Of a stretch of DNA of 56,020 nt, positions 17,527-26,991 are shown piece after piece. The DNA is from Thermoplasmata archaeon (GTDB lineage: Archaea > Thermoplasmatota > Thermoplasmata > Thermoplasmatales > ARK-15): assembly GCA_049967255.1 (NCBI GenBank), contig JBMFTB010000003.1, positions 1-56,020 of the forward strand, written 5' to 3'. The notes under the pieces were generated by a model. It was not told where the DNA came from and did not search any database. It was given only the letters and a program-made list of their open reading frames with translations. The translations under genes and the position numbers were made by a program. The first letter of the stretch is position 1, and every line of letters starts with the position of its first letter.

Positions 17527-19485
17527 TTGGATAAGGGAACAATAGCATCAACCATTGACAATATGGACGTTTCAAGGTTCCATTACAAAATGCTATTGCT
17601 TTCCGCCGCCGGTGTATTTCTTGATGGTTTCGATCTATTCATTATAAGTGTTGTTCTTCTATTCATTCGACCCATCTGGATAAATACCTTGCCCATAGGG
17701 CAGCAGGAAAGTGTTCTAGGTTTGCTTGCATCCTCCGCTCTTCTAGGGATGTTTTTAGGTGCTTTGACACTTGGCCATTATACGGATAGGATGGGACGAA
17801 AGGCTATGTATGTTGTAGATCTTATATTCTTTGTTATTTTTGCTGCATTGTCTGCAGTTTCAGCAAATATCTGGGAATTAATTATATTTAGGTTTTTACT
17901 TGGACTAGGCATAGGTGCAGATTATCCAATCAGCTCAACTTATGTAACAGAATTTTCTCCTAGCAAGGTCAGGGGAAGGTTAATTTCTACAACATTTATG
18001 TTTTGGGGCCTTGGTGCTTTAACTGCAGCTTTGGTTGGTTATTTAATTGCTCTTTTTCAACCCTTAGGAATTGATTCTTGGAGATTAATGCTTCTCTCAG
18101 GTATAGTCCCAGCTGTGATAGTTATAATTTTGAGAGCAACCATGCCAGAATCCCCGAGATGGTTATTATCCCAGGGTAAATCCAAAGAGGCAATAAAGGT
18201 TTTAAAATCATTGAATGTTGAAATACAGGAAAGCGATATTTTACCTTCAAAAAAAGAAAAAGCATCAATACGTGATTTACTTTCGCCAATTTACAGAAAA
18301 AGGACATTTTTTGCCTGGATACCTTGGTTTTTTATGGACATTGGTGTTTATGGCATTGGTATATATTTACCGACATTACTTTATGAACTCGGTTTTAAGA
18401 ATAATTTAAGTTCCATACTTGGTACGGCATTTCTAGACATATTCGGTATAATAGGTTTCATCCTCGCAATATATCTAATAGATAGGACCGGAAGGTTGAA
18501 GCTCCAGTCAATAGGTTTCCTTGGTATGACTGTTTCATTACTTCTTTTGGCAATATTAGGACCTATAAATCTTATTTTTTTATTCCTAATATTTGCAATA
18601 TTTCAGATATCTGAAAATGCAGGACCAAATACGACCACATGGGTTGTAGCTACAGAACTTTTCCCAACAAGGTTAAGGGCAACTGCACAGGGATCATCTG
18701 CTGCAATAAGCAGGCTTGGTGCAATTTCAGGTGTATTTTTGCTTCCCATAATAACAGGTCTTTTTGGTAATGAAATTTCACTCATTTTTGTAGCCACAGC
18801 AACATTTCTTGGATTCCTTGTAACAGTTTTAATAGGCGAAGAAACCAGGGCACTTTCCCTGGAAGAAGCATCAACAGTTTTCAGAGAATTTTCATCATAT
18901 ATAGTAAAATTGACAACAAATGTTGAACTTGCTGCAAAGGAACTTTATGATCTTTCAATCAATTTTGAAAAAATACAAGAAAATGCAAAAAGGATCAAGG
19001 ATCTCGAACACGAAAATGATGAAATTGTATCTGAAATATTCAAAAAATTGAACAGGAAATTCCCTGCTCCAATAGATAATATGGATGTAGCGGCATTGGT
19101 GCGAGGTCTTGATGATATAATTGATGCTATTGAATCTACGAGTAAAAAAATGATTATTTATGATATAAAGAATTCAACAGATGAAATTATTGCACTCTCA
19201 GAAATAAACATGAAAGCTGTTTTTGAACTTAAGGAGGCACTTGTGAGCATAATGGCCATTAGACTTGGTGAATACAGTGAAATAGTTGAAAGATGCAGGG
19301 ATGTTCATAAGCTTGAAAATTATACAGATGATATTGTTGATAATGTAATCAAAGATATCTTGGGATCAAACGATCCAATGAAAATATTAAGGTACAAGGA
19401 AATTTACGAGAGCCTGGAGGGTATAACCGATAGGTGTGATGATGTGGCCGATATAATTTTGAGCCTGATAGTGAAATATTCTTAA
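17527..19485 (+). CDS. Pho84-like MFS transporter fused to C-terminal DUF47 (PhoU-like) domain
   Basis: N-term about 450 aa: GVFLDGFDLF, GLGIGADYPISSTYVTEF, AGPNTTTWVVATELFP; C-term about 200 aa: LEHEND, PIDNMD...LDDIIDAIE, KEIYESLEGITDRCDDVAD; TTG start. Confidence 0.85.
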   Translation: MDKGTIASTIDNMDVSRFHYKMLLLSAAGVFLDGFDLFIISVVLLFIRPIWINTLPIGQQESVLGLLASSALLGMFLGALTLGHYTDRMGRKAMYVVDLIFFVIFAALSAVSANIWELIIFRFLLGLGIGADYPISSTYVTEFSPSKVRGRLISTTFMFWGLGALTAALVGYLIALFQPLGIDSWRLMLLSGIVPAVIVIILRATMPESPRWLLSQGKSKEAIKVLKSLNVEIQESDILPSKKEKASIRDLLSPIYRKRTFFAWIPWFFMDIGVYGIGIYLPTLLYELGFKNNLSSILGTAFLDIFGIIGFILAIYLIDRTGRLKLQSIGFLGMTVSLLLLAILGPINLIFLFLIFAIFQISENAGPNTTTWVVATELFPTRLRATAQGSSAAISRLGAISGVFLLPIITGLFGNEISLIFVATATFLGFLVTVLIGEETRALSLEEASTVFREFSSYIVKLTTNVELAAKELYDLSINFEKIQENAKRIKDLEHENDEIVSEIFKKLNRKFPAPIDNMDVAALVRGLDDIIDAIESTSKKMIIYDIKNSTDEIIALSEINMKAVFELKEALVSIMAIRLGEYSEIVERCRDVHKLENYTDDIVDNVIKDILGSNDPMKILRYKEIYESLEGITDRCDDVADIILSLIVKYS

Positions 19486-19535
19486 GTTTAAAATTATGAA
19501 AAGTTTTTTAATATCCAGATGAATATCAAAAATGG

Positions 19536-20324
19536 ATGATAGAAAAACTTTCTGAAATTGGAAAAATCGTTAGAAAGTCCGTTCAGGAATTTTTAGATAA
19601 AAATTATATGGGTGCAAGAGAAATAATGAAGATAGGGGCTGATGGTACACCAACATCAAAGATTGATCTCATCGCGGAAGATGAAGTTTTCAGGTTTGTA
19701 AAGGAAAAGGATCTTCCCTTAAACATTTTGAGCGAGGAATATGGTTTTTTTGATAGAAATTATGAGTACACGCTTGTCCTTGATCCTATCGATGGTTCTT
19801 TTAATGCAGAAATGAACATCCCATTCTATTCAATTTCCATGGCAATTGGAAAAAAAGATTTGATGGATGTTAAATACGCGCTTGTAATGAATCTTATAAA
19901 TGGAAAAAGATACTGGGCGGAGAAGGGTAAAGGAGCATATTTTGAAGAAAGAAAATTAAAAGCAAAAAATAATCATGATGAAATTCTTAGTGTCATAAGT
20001 ATGGGTAAAGAATCATCTGAAGTCATATGGAAAATAATTAAAAATTCAAGGAGGGTAAGGTCCTTTGGTTGCGCCTCTCTCGAGATGTCATTGGTTGCTG
20101 ATGGTAGTGCTGATATTTTCCTATATTACTTCACAAAAAGGAATGTATTGAGAGTTATTGACATTGCAGCAAGTACACTAATTGTTAGAGAATCAGGCGG
20201 TGAGGTTTATGACCTAAGCGATTTTTCACCACTTAATATGGCATATGATCTATCATTGAGAAAAAATATACTTGCATCTGGTGATGGAGCATATGCAAAA
20301 CAAATATGGAGGATGTTAAAATGA
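19536..20324 (+). CDS. Inositol monophosphatase/FBPase family phosphatase
   Basis: GADGTPTSKID..AE, SEE, DPIDGS, DIAAS. Confidence 0.9.
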   Translation: MIEKLSEIGKIVRKSVQEFLDKNYMGAREIMKIGADGTPTSKIDLIAEDEVFRFVKEKDLPLNILSEEYGFFDRNYEYTLVLDPIDGSFNAEMNIPFYSISMAIGKKDLMDVKYALVMNLINGKRYWAEKGKGAYFEERKLKAKNNHDEILSVISMGKESSEVIWKIIKNSRRVRSFGCASLEMSLVADGSADIFLYYFTKRNVLRVIDIAASTLIVRESGGEVYDLSDFSPLNMAYDLSLRKNILASGDGAYAKQIWRMLK

Positions 20325-21124
20325 AATTCGGCATTGTTGCCAATCCGGAAATAAGCAGGAGCATAAATGTTGCAAAATTTGTTTATGATTATCTTAAAAA
20401 AAATCATGATGTATTAATTGAATCAAAAACTGCTAAAAAGATGCATAAGAGTGGAATTCCCATTCCAGAAATGGATGTTGATATTATTATTACTATTGGT
20501 GGTGATGGTACAGTATTGAAAACTCTTCAGAACACAAACAAACCAATATTTCCAATAAACCTTGGGAAACTTGGATTTTTAACGGAAGTAGTACCTGTTG
20601 ACCTTGAATATTCCCTAGACAGGCTAATTAATGGTAATTATTTCCTTGATAAAAGAAAAAAAATAAAGGTTCTTCTAAATGAAAAAAGGTTGCCAGATTG
20701 CACAAATGAAGTTGTTATCCATACATCTGAAATATCAAAATTAAGAACATATGCAATCTACATCGACAGGGAACTGCTTGAAGATTTAAGAGCCGACGGG
20801 CTAATTGTTGCAACAGCAACAGGATCAACATCCTATGCAATGAGCACAGGAGGGCCTATCGTTGACCCAAGGATAAATGCTATGGTGATAGCGTATATCG
20901 CACCATTTAAGTTAAGCGTAAGGTCACATGTTGTACCTAGCAGTTCAGAGCTTGAAGTACATCTACTTGATAGAACAAGGAAAAGTGTAATAGTGCTAGA
21001 TGGACAAATGCAAAAGAAAATCACCCATAAAGACATAATAGATGTCACAGAAAGTGAGAATGAAGCAATATTTGTAAGGTTCAATCTGAGCTTTTATGAG
21101 AAATTGAGGGAAAAGATATTATGA
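20321..21124 (+). CDS. nadK: NAD kinase
   Basis: GGDGT, NLGKLGFL, NEVV, DGL..TATGSTSYAMSTGGP; ATGA overlap with the upstream gene. Confidence 0.93.
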   Translation: MKFGIVANPEISRSINVAKFVYDYLKKNHDVLIESKTAKKMHKSGIPIPEMDVDIIITIGGDGTVLKTLQNTNKPIFPINLGKLGFLTEVVPVDLEYSLDRLINGNYFLDKRKKIKVLLNEKRLPDCTNEVVIHTSEISKLRTYAIYIDRELLEDLRADGLIVATATGSTSYAMSTGGPIVDPRINAMVIAYIAPFKLSVRSHVVPSSSELEVHLLDRTRKSVIVLDGQMQKKITHKDIIDVTESENEAIFVRFNLSFYEKLREKIL

Positions 21125-21486
21125 GCTACAGGATAAAAAAGGAAACGTTAGAAATGATAATGGAGAGTGCTAAGGATTCATATCCAAATGAATTTGCAGC
21201 ATTTTTAAGAGCTGACAGAAACATTATTTATGAAATTGTACTGCTTCCAGGAACAGTTTCAGGAAAAAGAAGTGCCGTTTACAGGCTTTATATGAAACCC
21301 ATAGATTTTTCTCTCATTGGTACAGTACATTCCCATCCATCAGGTGTTACTATTCCAAGCCCTGAAGATCTTGATCTTTTTTCAAAAACTGGAAAGGTAC
21401 ACATTATTGTGGGCTTTCCATATAGAATAACAGATTTTTCCGCTTATGATAGGAATGGCAAAAATATAGATGTTGAGATATTATGA
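21121..21486 (+). CDS. JAMM/MPN+ metalloprotease
   Basis: YPNE, HSHPSG..PS..D motif. Confidence 0.9.
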   Translation: MSYRIKKETLEMIMESAKDSYPNEFAAFLRADRNIIYEIVLLPGTVSGKRSAVYRLYMKPIDFSLIGTVHSHPSGVTIPSPEDLDLFSKTGKVHIIVGFPYRITDFSAYDRNGKNIDVEIL

Positions 21487-22115
21487 AAATTATTGATGCA
21501 AATAAAAATATTCCCGTAAAGGCTAATCAGGCGGTTTTAATTGATGTTTTTAGGGCTACTACCAGCATTGTTATCATGCTTTCCAGAAATGCAAAAGAGA
21601 TAATACCATTTGAAAATGAAACAAAGGCAAGGGAATTTTTTAAGACTCATAAAGATTATTTACTTGTTGGGGAACATGATGGCATAAAGATTGAGGGTTT
21701 TGATTACGGTAACGAGCCTTCCAAGCTGATAAGCGCAAATTTGGAAGGAAAAGGAATTATATTCGTTTCAACAAACGGTACAAGAGTTTTAAAATCTCTC
21801 GAAACAAAAAGAACAATTATTGCATCATTCTTAAATGCCGACGCTGTCTTAGATAAAATGACAATGGATGATCCCATAGTATGTGCCAATAGGAAGGATT
21901 TATTTTGTGTGGAAGATTTTCTATGTGCATCATATTTAAAAGCAAAAAAATTGCGCGTGGCTATAGATTTTAAAAGATTGAAGAATATAATCCTAAATTC
22001 TAAAAGTGCCCAAAGATTAAGAGCCCTGAATGCAGAAAAGGACATTGAAATAGCATTAATGTTGAACAGTATACCCATAGTACCTGTATATGAACATGGA
22101 AGAATTATTTTGTGA
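21483..22115 (+). CDS. 2-phosphosulfolactate phosphatase (ComB) family protein
   Basis: IDVFRATTSI, GE.DG.KI.GFDYGNEPS, STNGT, ED..CA. Confidence 0.85.
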   Translation: MKIIDANKNIPVKANQAVLIDVFRATTSIVIMLSRNAKEIIPFENETKAREFFKTHKDYLLVGEHDGIKIEGFDYGNEPSKLISANLEGKGIIFVSTNGTRVLKSLETKRTIIASFLNADAVLDKMTMDDPIVCANRKDLFCVEDFLCASYLKAKKLRVAIDFKRLKNIILNSKSAQRLRALNAEKDIEIALMLNSIPIVPVYEHGRIIL

Positions 22116-22270
22116 GATATTCATCAGCAGATGCATTAGATTTTTTAGACTCGACCAAAGAATTCTGCTTTTACGGAAACGTTCTATATAAAGGCAAAAT
22201 ATGGAGTTCCATAGAAGCAATTTCTTATCGATTCGGTATAATTATTTATTATGCCGATTGTTTATCTTAG
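22112..22270 (+). CDS. Candidate 52-aa small protein (not in ORF track)
   Basis: GTG start overlaps the comB-like stop (GTGA), open for 52 codons to TAG at 22268-22270; no family recognised. Confidence 0.25.
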   Translation: MRYSSADALDFLDSTKEFCFYGNVLYKGKIWSSIEAISYRFGIIIYYADCLS

Positions 22271-22377
22271 CATAATTATATATAATCTATCGATAAACTT
22301 TCATATATTTTGAATACTTGAACATTAAATCATTTAAAATTTGCTATTTAAAAACTCTTAATAATATCCTTAAATTT

Positions 22378-22734
22378 TCATTTAATGTAAATTATTATAT
22401 ATAAAAATAATATAAGGATTATTAAAATAATTGCTCCAACAACGCTTAAAATTATAGTTACCTTTGAATTGCCAAAGATTATGGGCATAGGACCTATCAG
22501 AACAACACCTCCAAAATCAACTTTTGTATTACTAGTATTTTCAAACATTGAAAGGAATATGATCAAAATTGAAAAAATTAGTGCAATTGCTGCAAGAGCA
22601 GCGTATAAACTTGAGCCGTAGACAACTGGAAAAATGAAAAAGCCGAAGCCTAAGTACCCCTTTATTATTCCTATTACAATCATAGCAATAGTTGCAAAAA
22701 GTAGGAATATTCCAAAATAAAAAGTATTTCTCAT
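22378..22734 (-). CDS. DUF131 (TIGR00304-like) membrane protein
   Basis: FGGVVLIGPMPIIFG motif. Confidence 0.85.
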   Translation of the reverse strand: MRNTFYFGIFLLFATIAMIVIGIIKGYLGFGFFIFPVVYGSSLYAALAAIALIFSILIIFLSMFENTSNTKVDFGGVVLIGPMPIIFGNSKVTIILSVVGAIILIILILFLYIIIYIK

Positions 22735-23555
22735 ACTATTTTATACCCACAGGACCTGCAATATTTATCGGTTGGCTTTAACCCAGCACCGCAATTCGGG
22801 CATTTCCTAACTTTCAGGGTATAACCACAATTCCAGCAAAATTGATCTTTTGAATCTACTTCAACACCGCATTTTGGGCATTTTAAACCACCGCTTTCAA
22901 TTTCTTCATTTTTTAAAATTTTCTGTGTTCTTAATGAATATTTTAAAGAATCTGAATAATTGTTTTCTTCAAATGCATTTTTTGCCAATCTTAAATATTC
23001 CAATGCAATAATCTTTCTATTCTCATCCGAACCATCGTACAAGTTCTGTGCCATTTCAAGCGAAAATTTGGCTGCAAGATAATTTTCTGGCAATTTTTTT
23101 TGAAGCTGGAATGATGGTGAAACTGTTTCATCATCATTTTTCTGTGCATATGATAAATTTCTTTCTCTTGGTAATTCTTCCTTTCTTTGTTGATCTAATC
23201 TTTCATCTTTAGGTATTTCTGTACCTTCAAGTTTTGACCTATCTAAAATTCTTCTTGCTTCATCTGAAAGTGAAATTGATCCATTATAATCACCCCTGTT
23301 GTACAGTGATTCTGCCTTGTCTAGAACAGCTATGGCTGGTCCAACCTTTACTCCTTTTTTTCCAAGTATTACTGCAATAGATTTTGTTGATTCAATTTTA
23401 TTGAATGCCTCATCCTTTAAATTTTTTATAGATGATTTGCTTGATCTAAGGCCCATTTTTTTCAATAAATTCAAGGACAGAATAATAACTATGAACGCAA
23501 GAACAACCAGAACGGTATAAATAATTATTGTTGTATAATTCATTTGCATGAACAC
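22731..23555 (-). CDS. Membrane-anchored helical-repeat protein with C-terminal double zinc ribbon
   Basis: N-terminal TM; TPR-like helices; CPKCG..CWNCG and CPNCG..CRSCG. Confidence 0.8.
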   Translation of the reverse strand: MFMQMNYTTIIIYTVLVVLAFIVIILSLNLLKKMGLRSSKSSIKNLKDEAFNKIESTKSIAVILGKKGVKVGPAIAVLDKAESLYNRGDYNGSISLSDEARRILDRSKLEGTEIPKDERLDQQRKEELPRERNLSYAQKNDDETVSPSFQLQKKLPENYLAAKFSLEMAQNLYDGSDENRKIIALEYLRLAKNAFEENNYSDSLKYSLRTQKILKNEEIESGGLKCPKCGVEVDSKDQFCWNCGYTLKVRKCPNCGAGLKPTDKYCRSCGYKIV

Positions 23556-23634
23556 TATTTTAAAAAAGTTAATAAATTTTTTCTCAATATGAACTTTTTA
23601 TGAAATAATTAATGAAAGGTTTATGTTTTAGGAT

Positions 23635-23650
23635 CAATAAAACTTATATA
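23635..23650 (+). promoter_or_regulatory. BRE/TATA promoter of rps15
   Basis: CAATAAAACTTATATA about 40 nt upstream of ATG, AGGTGA SD at 23679-23684. Confidence 0.5.
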
Positions 23651-23690
23651 TGGTCTGAAATTAAGGATGAACAGTTATAGGTGAAAAATT

Positions 23691-24146
23691 ATGTCAAGGT
23701 TACATTCAAGCAAGCATGGAAGATCGGGATCGAAGCCTCCAATAAGGAATAAAGCACCTGATTGGGTGAAATTGAAGGATAGGGAGGCCGAGGAAAAGTT
23801 AGTTGAATTATTAAAGGAAGGAAATACAATGAGCAGAGCAGGCATTATATTAAGGGATATTTATGCTGTACCAAGGATTAGGTATGTAACCGGGAAAAAA
23901 ATGCTCAAGATTGTAAGAGACCATGGTCTTGAACCAAAGATACCTGAAGATCTTCTTGCGCTGATGAAAAAGGCAGTTTATCTTAACAAGCACTTACAAA
24001 ATAATCCAAATGATCTATCAAATCTGAGGGGATTGCATTTGATAGAGTCAAAAATAACAAGGCTTGTTAAGTATTATAAAAAAATAGGAAGGCTCCCAGA
24101 AAATTGGAAATACAGCCTGGAAACAGCAGAATTGCTTATTAAATAG
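23691..24146 (+). CDS. rps15: 30S ribosomal protein uS15
   Basis: MSRLHSSKHGRSGS, IPEDL..L..KAV, L.LIESKI.RL.KYY. Confidence 0.96.
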   Translation: MSRLHSSKHGRSGSKPPIRNKAPDWVKLKDREAEEKLVELLKEGNTMSRAGIILRDIYAVPRIRYVTGKKMLKIVRDHGLEPKIPEDLLALMKKAVYLNKHLQNNPNDLSNLRGLHLIESKITRLVKYYKKIGRLPENWKYSLETAELLIK

Positions 24147-24148
24147 AT

Positions 24149-25480
24149 ATGTTCCAAATATCAGAATGTTTGGATGAAAAATTTAAAAGAGCTGTTGAAA
24201 GGGTTAGGGATTGTAATTTTTTTCGTGTTATAACGCATTATGATGCGGATGGTGTATCCTCTGCATCTATAATTTTCAATGCCTTAAGAAGGGAAGGTAA
24301 GGAAATCCATATATCTTTTCTCAAGGATATTTCGGAAGAAAATATGAAAAAGATGTTAAAAGGCAGTCAAGATTGTATTTTGACCCTAGATCTCGGTTCA
24401 TCAATGGTATCTCTTCTCGAGAATTATAAAAATGTAATAATTATTGATCACCATCCACCTGAAAGGGATTCTGAAAAAATTTTGCACATAAATCCTCATT
24501 TATGCAATCTCTCAGGATCGACTGATGCCTGTGGATCAACACTTGCCTATATATTTTCACTATATTTGAACAGTGAAAATTGGAAGGATTATCATGCATT
24601 CTTTTCAGGTACGATTGGTGACAGGCAGCACATAAACGGTTATTCTGGCCTTAATAAACTGGTAGTGAATTTTCTTGAAGAAAACGGTGTAAAAAAAATT
24701 GAGGATATTTCACTTGAAGGACCAACTGTTAAGGATATGCTTTTTCTTGCAACAGATCCGTTCATTCCAGGTTATACGGGCAATGAGGAAAATGTATTAT
24801 CAATCCTTAAAAACCTTGGGATTAGTTCTGATAAAAATCCTAAAGATCTTAACGAAGAGGAAAAGACGGTCCTTTATTCTTGGATAGCTTTGCAGTTAAT
24901 AAAAAGGGGCATTGAAAGTGATATAATACAGGCATTGGTAATAGATAAACATTTTATTGAAAATTATGGTATGTTTGATTTTACACTTTCAAATTATGTA
25001 GATGCCACAGCAAGAATGAATAAGCAGGGGTTGGCATTATTATTCCTTTCAGGATCTTTGGGAAAAAGGGATGAAATAATAGATGCATGGACTCAATTTA
25101 AAAATATTCTCATAAAAGAACTTTATAATGGATTAGAAAATAAAATCGATATGGATAATATACAATATTTTTATGTGGGTGAAGATTCAATTGCAGGCTC
25201 AGCATCAGGAATACTAATGAACTATGCACTTGATAGAAACAAACCTGTGATAGCAATGCATGATTCAAATGGAGAATTACACATATCCGCAAGGGGAACA
25301 AGGGCATTGATGTCAAAGGGTGTAAATCTTGGTGCAGCATTGAAATTTTGTGGTGAAGGGAATGGTGGCTCTGGTGGAGGCCACGACATTGCTGCAGGTG
25401 CAACAATTCCTAAAGAAAATGTAAAAAATTTTTTAAAATGTCTTGATAACGCAATAGGAAAACAAATTAAAAAAACATAA
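24149..25480 (+). CDS. DHH/DHHA1 phosphoesterase (archaeal RecJ-like)
   Basis: THYDADG, DLGS, DHH, GGGHDIAAGA; conserved position after rps15. Confidence 0.9.
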   Translation: MFQISECLDEKFKRAVERVRDCNFFRVITHYDADGVSSASIIFNALRREGKEIHISFLKDISEENMKKMLKGSQDCILTLDLGSSMVSLLENYKNVIIIDHHPPERDSEKILHINPHLCNLSGSTDACGSTLAYIFSLYLNSENWKDYHAFFSGTIGDRQHINGYSGLNKLVVNFLEENGVKKIEDISLEGPTVKDMLFLATDPFIPGYTGNEENVLSILKNLGISSDKNPKDLNEEEKTVLYSWIALQLIKRGIESDIIQALVIDKHFIENYGMFDFTLSNYVDATARMNKQGLALLFLSGSLGKRDEIIDAWTQFKNILIKELYNGLENKIDMDNIQYFYVGEDSIAGSASGILMNYALDRNKPVIAMHDSNGELHISARGTRALMSKGVNLGAALKFCGEGNGGSGGGHDIAAGATIPKENVKNFLKCLDNAIGKQIKKT

Positions 25481-25484
25481 GGAA

Positions 25485-26213
25485 TTATTTTTTATCCTTT
25501 TGCTCATCAAGGAGTTCTGGATGAAGCACATATCCACATGCATAGCACATTACAGCATCTTTGCTTATCAAAGTGCCACAATTCGGGCATGGTATAACAT
25601 CCTCATCCTTTGGTTTTTCAGGGATTTCTATTGCCTTTTCTTCTATTGTACTTTTTTCTACATCTACGGAAGGCAATTGACCTAATGTTCCCGCGGAAGA
25701 AATGTCAATCTGTTTTTTCATTGTTTCTATTGAACTTATGAGATTTTTAACATTTACTGCTATTTCCATTACCTCTTTCTGCTTTAATTGATAATCCTGT
25801 ATGAATTTGTTCATTATACTCTCATTTTCCTTGAACCTGGACACATATGAATCAAGTGTTGATGCAAGAGAGTTTATCTTATTTTCAAACTGTGAAAAAT
25901 TATCAAGTGATTTCTTTAATTTATCTTTCATTGTATCAATTTCCTTAGATTTGCTGTTCAATTGATCTTCAATTAATTTCAATTTTTCAGCATTGTTTTC
26001 TATTTCTTTCTCTTTATTTGTTAGATACTTTTCCCTTTCTTTTAATTTTGTGTCAAAGTTTTTAAGATCACTTTCCCATTGTGTAACTTTTCTCTCTTTA
26101 TCCAGAAGCTCCTGTTCTTTCTTCTTTAATTCTTCTGCCTGTGCCTTTACTTTCTTTAGGTAACCTTCTACCTGTTCTAAAATTGATTCATCTGAATTAG
26201 CCAAAAATACCAC
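25485..26213 (-). CDS. Coiled-coil protein with C-terminal zinc ribbon
   Basis: Long heptad-rich K/E region; CPNCG..CYACG. Confidence 0.75.
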   Translation of the reverse strand: MVFLANSDESILEQVEGYLKKVKAQAEELKKKEQELLDKERKVTQWESDLKNFDTKLKEREKYLTNKEKEIENNAEKLKLIEDQLNSKSKEIDTMKDKLKKSLDNFSQFENKINSLASTLDSYVSRFKENESIMNKFIQDYQLKQKEVMEIAVNVKNLISSIETMKKQIDISSAGTLGQLPSVDVEKSTIEEKAIEIPEKPKDEDVIPCPNCGTLISKDAVMCYACGYVLHPELLDEQKDKK

Positions 26214-26313
26214 CTCTTTTCATAAAATGAATTGCATATTAATAATTTAAATTTTTCTATTCTTTTGATATAAATAGGAAAGTTTTATTTCTAAAATAAA
26301 CATTCATTCATTT

Positions 26314-26991
26314 ATGCTTGAACTTGAAGAGAAAATTGCAGGAGAGATTGTATTATCAGACAATCCTGGTCTTACATTGAGAAAATGGAGGGAGGAGTTT
26401 CATATAACACAGCAGGATTTATCATCCTTTTTAAAGGTATCACCATCAGTGATAAGCGATTATGAAATAGGAAGGAGGAAATCCCCGGGAATTGTAGCAA
26501 TAAAGAGAATTGTTGAAGCGTTGGTTGCCATAGACATATCCAGGGGAGGAAATACAATTAAAAAGTATTCTAAAAACTTTGGAAGTGATGCAATAATAGA
26601 TATTAAGGAATTTTTTAAATCCGTTTCCTGCAGAGAAGTGGTTGATAACATAGAGGGCAAAAATCTTACTGAAAGAATCGACCTTGATAAAAAAATATAC
26701 GGTTATACCATGATAGATAGTATTAAGGCCATAATTGAATTTAATGCGAACGATTACCTTAAAATTTACGGGTGGAGCAATGAGAGAGCACTTATTTTTA
26801 CAGGAGTAAAATATGGTAGGTCACCCATGGTTGCTATAAGGGCACATCCATTAAAACCAGGTATGGTCGTATTTGCAAGACCTGAGAACGTTGATCCACT
26901 TTCAATAAAACTTGCAGAACTCGAAAACCTTCCACTTGTAGTTACTGAACTCGATGACAGGACAATAATATCAAGATTGCACAAGCTCTGA
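26314..26991 (+). CDS. Xre-type HTH transcriptional regulator (COG1709-like, DRTGG-like C-terminal domain)
   Basis: LRKWRE.F.ITQ..L...L.VSPSVISDYE.GRRKSPG; RALIFTGV..GRSPMVAIR. Confidence 0.85.
   Translation: MLELEEKIAGEIVLSDNPGLTLRKWREEFHITQQDLSSFLKVSPSVISDYEIGRRKSPGIVAIKRIVEALVAIDISRGGNTIKKYSKNFGSDAIIDIKEFFKSVSCREVVDNIEGKNLTERIDLDKKIYGYTMIDSIKAIIEFNANDYLKIYGWSNERALIFTGVKYGRSPMVAIRAHPLKPGMVVFARPENVDPLSIKLAELENLPLVVTELDDRTIISRLHKL

Noticed and set aside
26284-26300. TTTATTT-CTA-AAATAAA inverted repeat before the Xre regulator
   Set aside because: Almost pure A/T; expected by chance in promoter DNA of this composition
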